From contig DF237408.1 in NCBI GenBank assembly GCA_000708835.1, forward strand, positions 1 to 64,000: DNA of 64,000 nt, written 5' to 3'. Position 1 is the first letter of the stretch. Each line of letters begins with the position of its first letter. Of this stretch, positions 61,701 to 64,000 are shown piece by piece. Under the pieces are notes generated by a model that saw only the letters and a program-made list of their open reading frames with translations, was not told where the DNA came from and did not search any database. The DNA comes from Klebsormidium nitens. Its lineage: Eukaryota; Plantae; Klebsormidiophyceae. The translations under genes and the position numbers were made by a program.

Positions 61701-64000
61701 GCCGACGCGCCAGCAAAGAAATTTCTAACGTCACAGGGGCGGCATTTTGCGTCATGACATTACAGCAGAAGCTGCACAGAGAAGCCATGCTTTGCCTTGA
61801 AGCCGGACTCTACTCGAGAGGGTCTCGGGCAGAAGTGGCTATTACAGTCTAGTATTCTGCGTTTGCTGACGCCTCGTTGTATGAAAGCGGCGGCCTCGTG
61901 CGTCACGTTGTGCGCGGGGCTCACCGTCGTGCGGCGCGCCGGGCCCTCCCGCGGAGACCTTGTTGTTCTTCTTGGTCCGCGAGCCGAAGCACCATCCCGC
62001 GCAGCAGGAGCGCGGGCGGGCCTTGTCCTTGGGCGGCGGGTCCGCGCCGTAGAGCGCCGCGCGACGGAAGACGCAGCCCGTGCCCACGTACATCGGGCCC
62101 TGCTGCCCGTCCTGACCGCGCATGTTCACCTACCACAACACCGGGAACGGCCAGGGTCAGCCACACGCAGAGACGAAAAATCACGACGAAAGCAAGCAGT
62201 AAAGATCTCTAATGTGCTTTTCATTCATGGGAATTAGAATGCTTGAGGGGTGGTGCAATTTGTTCCGTTCTCTATACGCAATACGGTTGGATGGCATCCG
62301 GTTGGATTCACGCTGCAGACTCCCTGGAGGCGAAGCTCAAAATCAATAGTGGTGATTCTTTTGCGTCGAGAGGAAGCCGCTCACGTCGAAGAAGACGGTG
62401 TTGTGGTTGGCGTAGCGGTCGTTGCGGTCGACGCCGTCGAAGCGCTGCGGGAACTGGACGTAGCACACGCGCGGGCCGTGCACCGGGTCCAGCAAGAAAC
62501 ACATGGCCTGCAAACAGGGGTAGCAAAGGGAGAGTGGTCAGACGAACACCAGCCAAAAGTGCATCTGCTTGGCAACGAATCAAGTAACCGAATTTTTCGT
62601 ATCAAATGGCAACAGCGACTGACACAGCTGGCTTGGAGAACGGGGCTGGGTAGCAGTCGGGATGAGCGGCGCGGCTGACCTCCCGGAGGGCGAGCGAGTT
62701 GTTGACGTAGTGATCACAGTCCAGGTTGAGTACGAAGGGCGCGTTCGAGATGAGGGCGCTCGCGCGCATCTGCGCATGACCACGAACGCGGAGTAGATGA
62801 GACGGCCGCTAAGGGGTGGTACAGCAATTTGGGCCAAGGGACGAAGCCTCCCGGAAAGTTGGATAAGCACGCCACTCAACTTTGACAAGCAGCAACTTGG
62901 ACAGTCTCAAACGGGTGGTACAGAGGAGGATTGCGACGCGTGTCCCTCACGAGCGCGTTCATGGCCCCGGCCTTCTTGTTGTGGTCGTGCCCCGGCCGCT
63001 TCTCTCTGCTGATGTACACCAGCCGCGGCAGCGGGCCGCCGTTCACGTCCTGCGTGTCGCCGTCAGGCTGCAGGAACACCTGCGCAAGCGGACACCGCGA
63101 GGCTCAGGCACGGGGCGGAACCTCGGCCGCGCGAGCAAGGCGCAGCGGCTTTGAGCGCCGTACAATCACGGTACAATCACGGTACAATCAAGACTGGCAT
63201 TATGCACTTTTTTTCACAAGTTGAACCGTGAAAGAGCTCTGGACGGATCAAAGCCCTCGCCTGTTCTCCTAGACCAGACCAAAGTAGGTAGGTGTCATCA
63301 AAAGTTAGCACGGTGGGCGTCCTCATGCTGTGCGCGTGCGCGCGCTGACCTGGATCATGCCGACGTGGTCCGCGCGGTCGTTCCCGGGCCAGGGCGTGCC
63401 GTCGGGCATGGCCCAGCCGTCCGCGGGGCGCACCGCCGCCTTGGCCACCAGCGCGTTCACGCGGATCTTGAACTCGTCGTACTCGCGCTGCGCGGCCGCA
63501 CCAGGCCACGGAACAGTGTCAGATGAGCACGTCTGGAGTGAAATTGTGAGGATGCAAGGAGGTAGGCGTGTGTGCACCAGGGGCAAACGTTTGAGGAAGC
63601 CGGCTCAGAGAGTCGCCTCAAAGGAGATCCGCTCATTCGTTGCTGTGTCAAAAAGACACATTCGAAGATACGTTCTGGGGCCAACAGCTCCGACTCGAAA
63701 CGGGATTCGAGAGGATTTGCATTGCGGGGTGTGCTGACCTTGACTTTGCGGCGCGCCTTGACGAACTCGGGGTGCACCTGGTCGCGCAGGTAGTCCACCT
63801 TCTGGATGAAGTACATCTCGGGCGCGCGCGGCTCGACGCCGAAGGTCTTGCAGAAGGGCACCCAGACGCGCGCGAAGGCGGCGGTCTCGGTGAGCGCCTC
63901 GAAGGTGAGCATGGCGGCGCCGTCGTCGGAGAGGTAGCACGACACCTTGTCCAGCGGGTACTCCATCGCCAGCACGCTCAGCACCACGTTCGCCGTCACC
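58785..64000 (-). CDS. CESA: Second cellulose synthase superfamily GT2 (CesA-like); the 5' part lies beyond the window
   Basis: [74 protein letters not shown]|[13 protein letters not shown] and [16 protein letters not shown]...SLLWVKIA*. Stop at 58785-58787. Confidence 0.94.
63160..63190 (+). repeat. Intronic 11-bp minisatellite GTACAATCACG, ~2.8 copies
   Basis: Read directly: GTACAATCACG GTACAATCACG GTACAATCA, inside a CesA intron. Confidence 0.85.

Noticed and set aside
1-64000. CRISPR arrays, rRNA genes, prokaryotic operons
   Set aside because: No regularly spaced direct repeats or rRNA-like sequence; the gene architecture is spliceosomal throughout.

Overview
Intron-rich, GC-rich eukaryotic genomic DNA with GT/GC-AG splicing. 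The gene content (plant-type EHD, PPR, CesA-superfamily, plant-type GH10) and intron style suggest a streptophyte green alga, most plausibly Klebsormidium-like; this is an inference, not a database match. I assembled about 12 genes by hand from splice sites and family motifs. In order: a partial CxxC-CxxC ORF (-), F-box/LRR (+), EHD1 (-), a large PPR gene (+), DUF2358 (-), DUF819 (+), a degenerate hemerythrin-like gene frameshifted by a 10-bp duplication (+), queuine tRNA-ribosyltransferase with an 8-nt microexon (-), AlkA/MAG glycosylase (+), a complete CesA/CslD-like synthase (+), a Harbinger/Tourist-like MITE, a secreted GH10 with CBM-like domain (-), and a second, partial CesA-like synthase (-). 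The most notable part is the right-hand ~23 kb: two divergent cellulose-synthase-like genes flank an atypical GH10 glycanase, a candidate cell-wall polysaccharide synthesis/remodelling cluster. Exon boundaries are manual predictions (coordinates marked ~ are approximate). I found no rRNA, tRNA or CRISPR features.
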